DNA from: Bacteroidaceae bacterium
GTDB lineage: Bacteria > Bacteroidota > Bacteroidia > Bacteroidales > Barnesiellaceae_A
Assembly: GCA_017532725.1 (NCBI GenBank)
Contig: JAFXIZ010000019.1
Location: 6,525 to 70,524, forward strand
Direction of reading: 5' to 3'
DNA: 64,000 bases
This document shows positions 63,440 to 64,000 of this stretch, one piece after another; position 1 is the stretch's first letter; every line of letters begins with the position of its first letter. Position numbers and translations under genes: made by a program. A model generated the notes under the pieces. That model worked only from the letters and a program-made list of their open reading frames with translations. It had not been told where the DNA came from and searched no databases.

Positions 63440-64000
63440 ATGCAGAAAGGAACTATAGGGGTAACGACCGATAATATCTTCCCCGTCATTAAAAAATTCT
63501 TATATAGCGATAACGAAATCTTCTTGCGTGAGGTTGTATCTAACGCTGTTGATGCTACGCAAAAGTTGAAAACGCTCTCTTCGGTAGGCGAATTTAAGGG
63601 CGAATTGGGCGAAATGGATGTGCGCATAGCCATTGACAAAGAGGCCGGTACTCTTACCGTAAGCGACCGAGGCGTGGGTATGACTGCCGAGGAGATAGAT
63701 CGTTATATCAACCAAATAGCCTTCTCGGGTGCCGAGGAGTTTCTCGAAAAGTACAAGAACGATGCCAATGCCATTATTGGTCACTTCGGTCTTGGCTTCT
63801 ACTCTACCTTTATGGTATCGAAAAAGGTGGAGATACGCACACGTTCTTACAAGGATGGCGCACAAGCCGTACAGTGGAGTTGCGATGGCTCGCCGGCATA
63901 CGAAATGACCGAAATTGATAAGGCCGACCGTGGTACCGATATTGTCTTGTACATCGATGAAGAGAATAAGGAGTTTCTTGAGCCTCAACGCATCGAAACA
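63440..64000 (+). CDS. htpG: molecular chaperone HtpG (Hsp90), N-terminal 187 codons; runs off the window
   Basis: The ATG at 63440 opens a frame that stays open to nt 64000. FLREVVSNAVDA, SDRGVGMT and IGHFGLGFYS are GHKL ATPase motifs. It is absent from the ORF track because no stop lies in the window. Confidence 0.93.
   Translation, partial: MQKGTIGVTTDNIFPVIKKFLYSDNEIFLREVVSNAVDATQKLKTLSSVGEFKGELGEMDVRIAIDKEAGTLTVSDRGVGMTAEEIDRYINQIAFSGAEEFLEKYKNDANAIIGHFGLGFYSTFMVSKKVEIRTRSYKDGAQAVQWSCDGSPAYEMTEIDKADRGTDIVLYIDEENKEFLEPQRIET

Noticed and set aside
1-64000. CRISPR arrays, rRNA and tRNA genes, and transposable elements.
   Set aside because: I saw no regularly spaced direct repeats, no tRNA-like cloverleaf candidates in the intergenic regions longer than 100 bp, and no transposase or integrase-like ORFs. 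tRNAscan and Rfam scans would be needed to be definitive.

Overview
The window looks like a Bacteroidales chromosome segment. Support for this: TAnnTTTG-type promoter boxes, lipoprotein-rich type V pilus genes, a T9SS C-terminal sorting domain, TonB-dependent receptors and tig-clpP-clpX-recQ synteny. About 80% is conserved housekeeping: mutS2, sod, nrdJ, rng, hup, mltF-like, udk, purM, lepA, recQ, clpXP, tig, DAHP synthase/chorismate mutase, kdsC, maf, fmt, tsaC, prs, gyrA, clpC and htpG.

Three visibly more AT-rich accessory patches stand out:
- A four-gene type V (Mfa/Fim-like) pilus operon at 6.97-12.7 kb. Its last gene fuses a pilin domain to a duplicated ~470-aa GGxF-repeat passenger.
- A five-gene cassette of unassignable proteins at 28.3-32.4 kb. 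It is built around a zinc-ribbon + CbxX/SpoVK-type AAA+ core with degenerate Walker A and B motifs, next to a separate TPR-like protein. This is my best candidate for an undescribed system, but I cannot assign a function.
- A 998-aa GLUG-motif T9SS cargo protein at 53-56 kb.

Three conserved genes are broken: udk by a missing nucleotide, clpX by a frameshift, and a GH13 gene by an in-frame TAG. Two convincing small genes are missing from the >=60-aa ORF track. One is a 29-aa Lys/Arg-rich bS22-like ORF between hup and rng. The other is a 51-aa Pmp3/YqaE proteolipid.

I saw no rRNA, tRNA, CRISPR array, transposase, integrase or riboswitch. All family assignments come from motif recognition by eye, because no searches could be run. 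Start codons for several genes are ambiguous and are noted individually.
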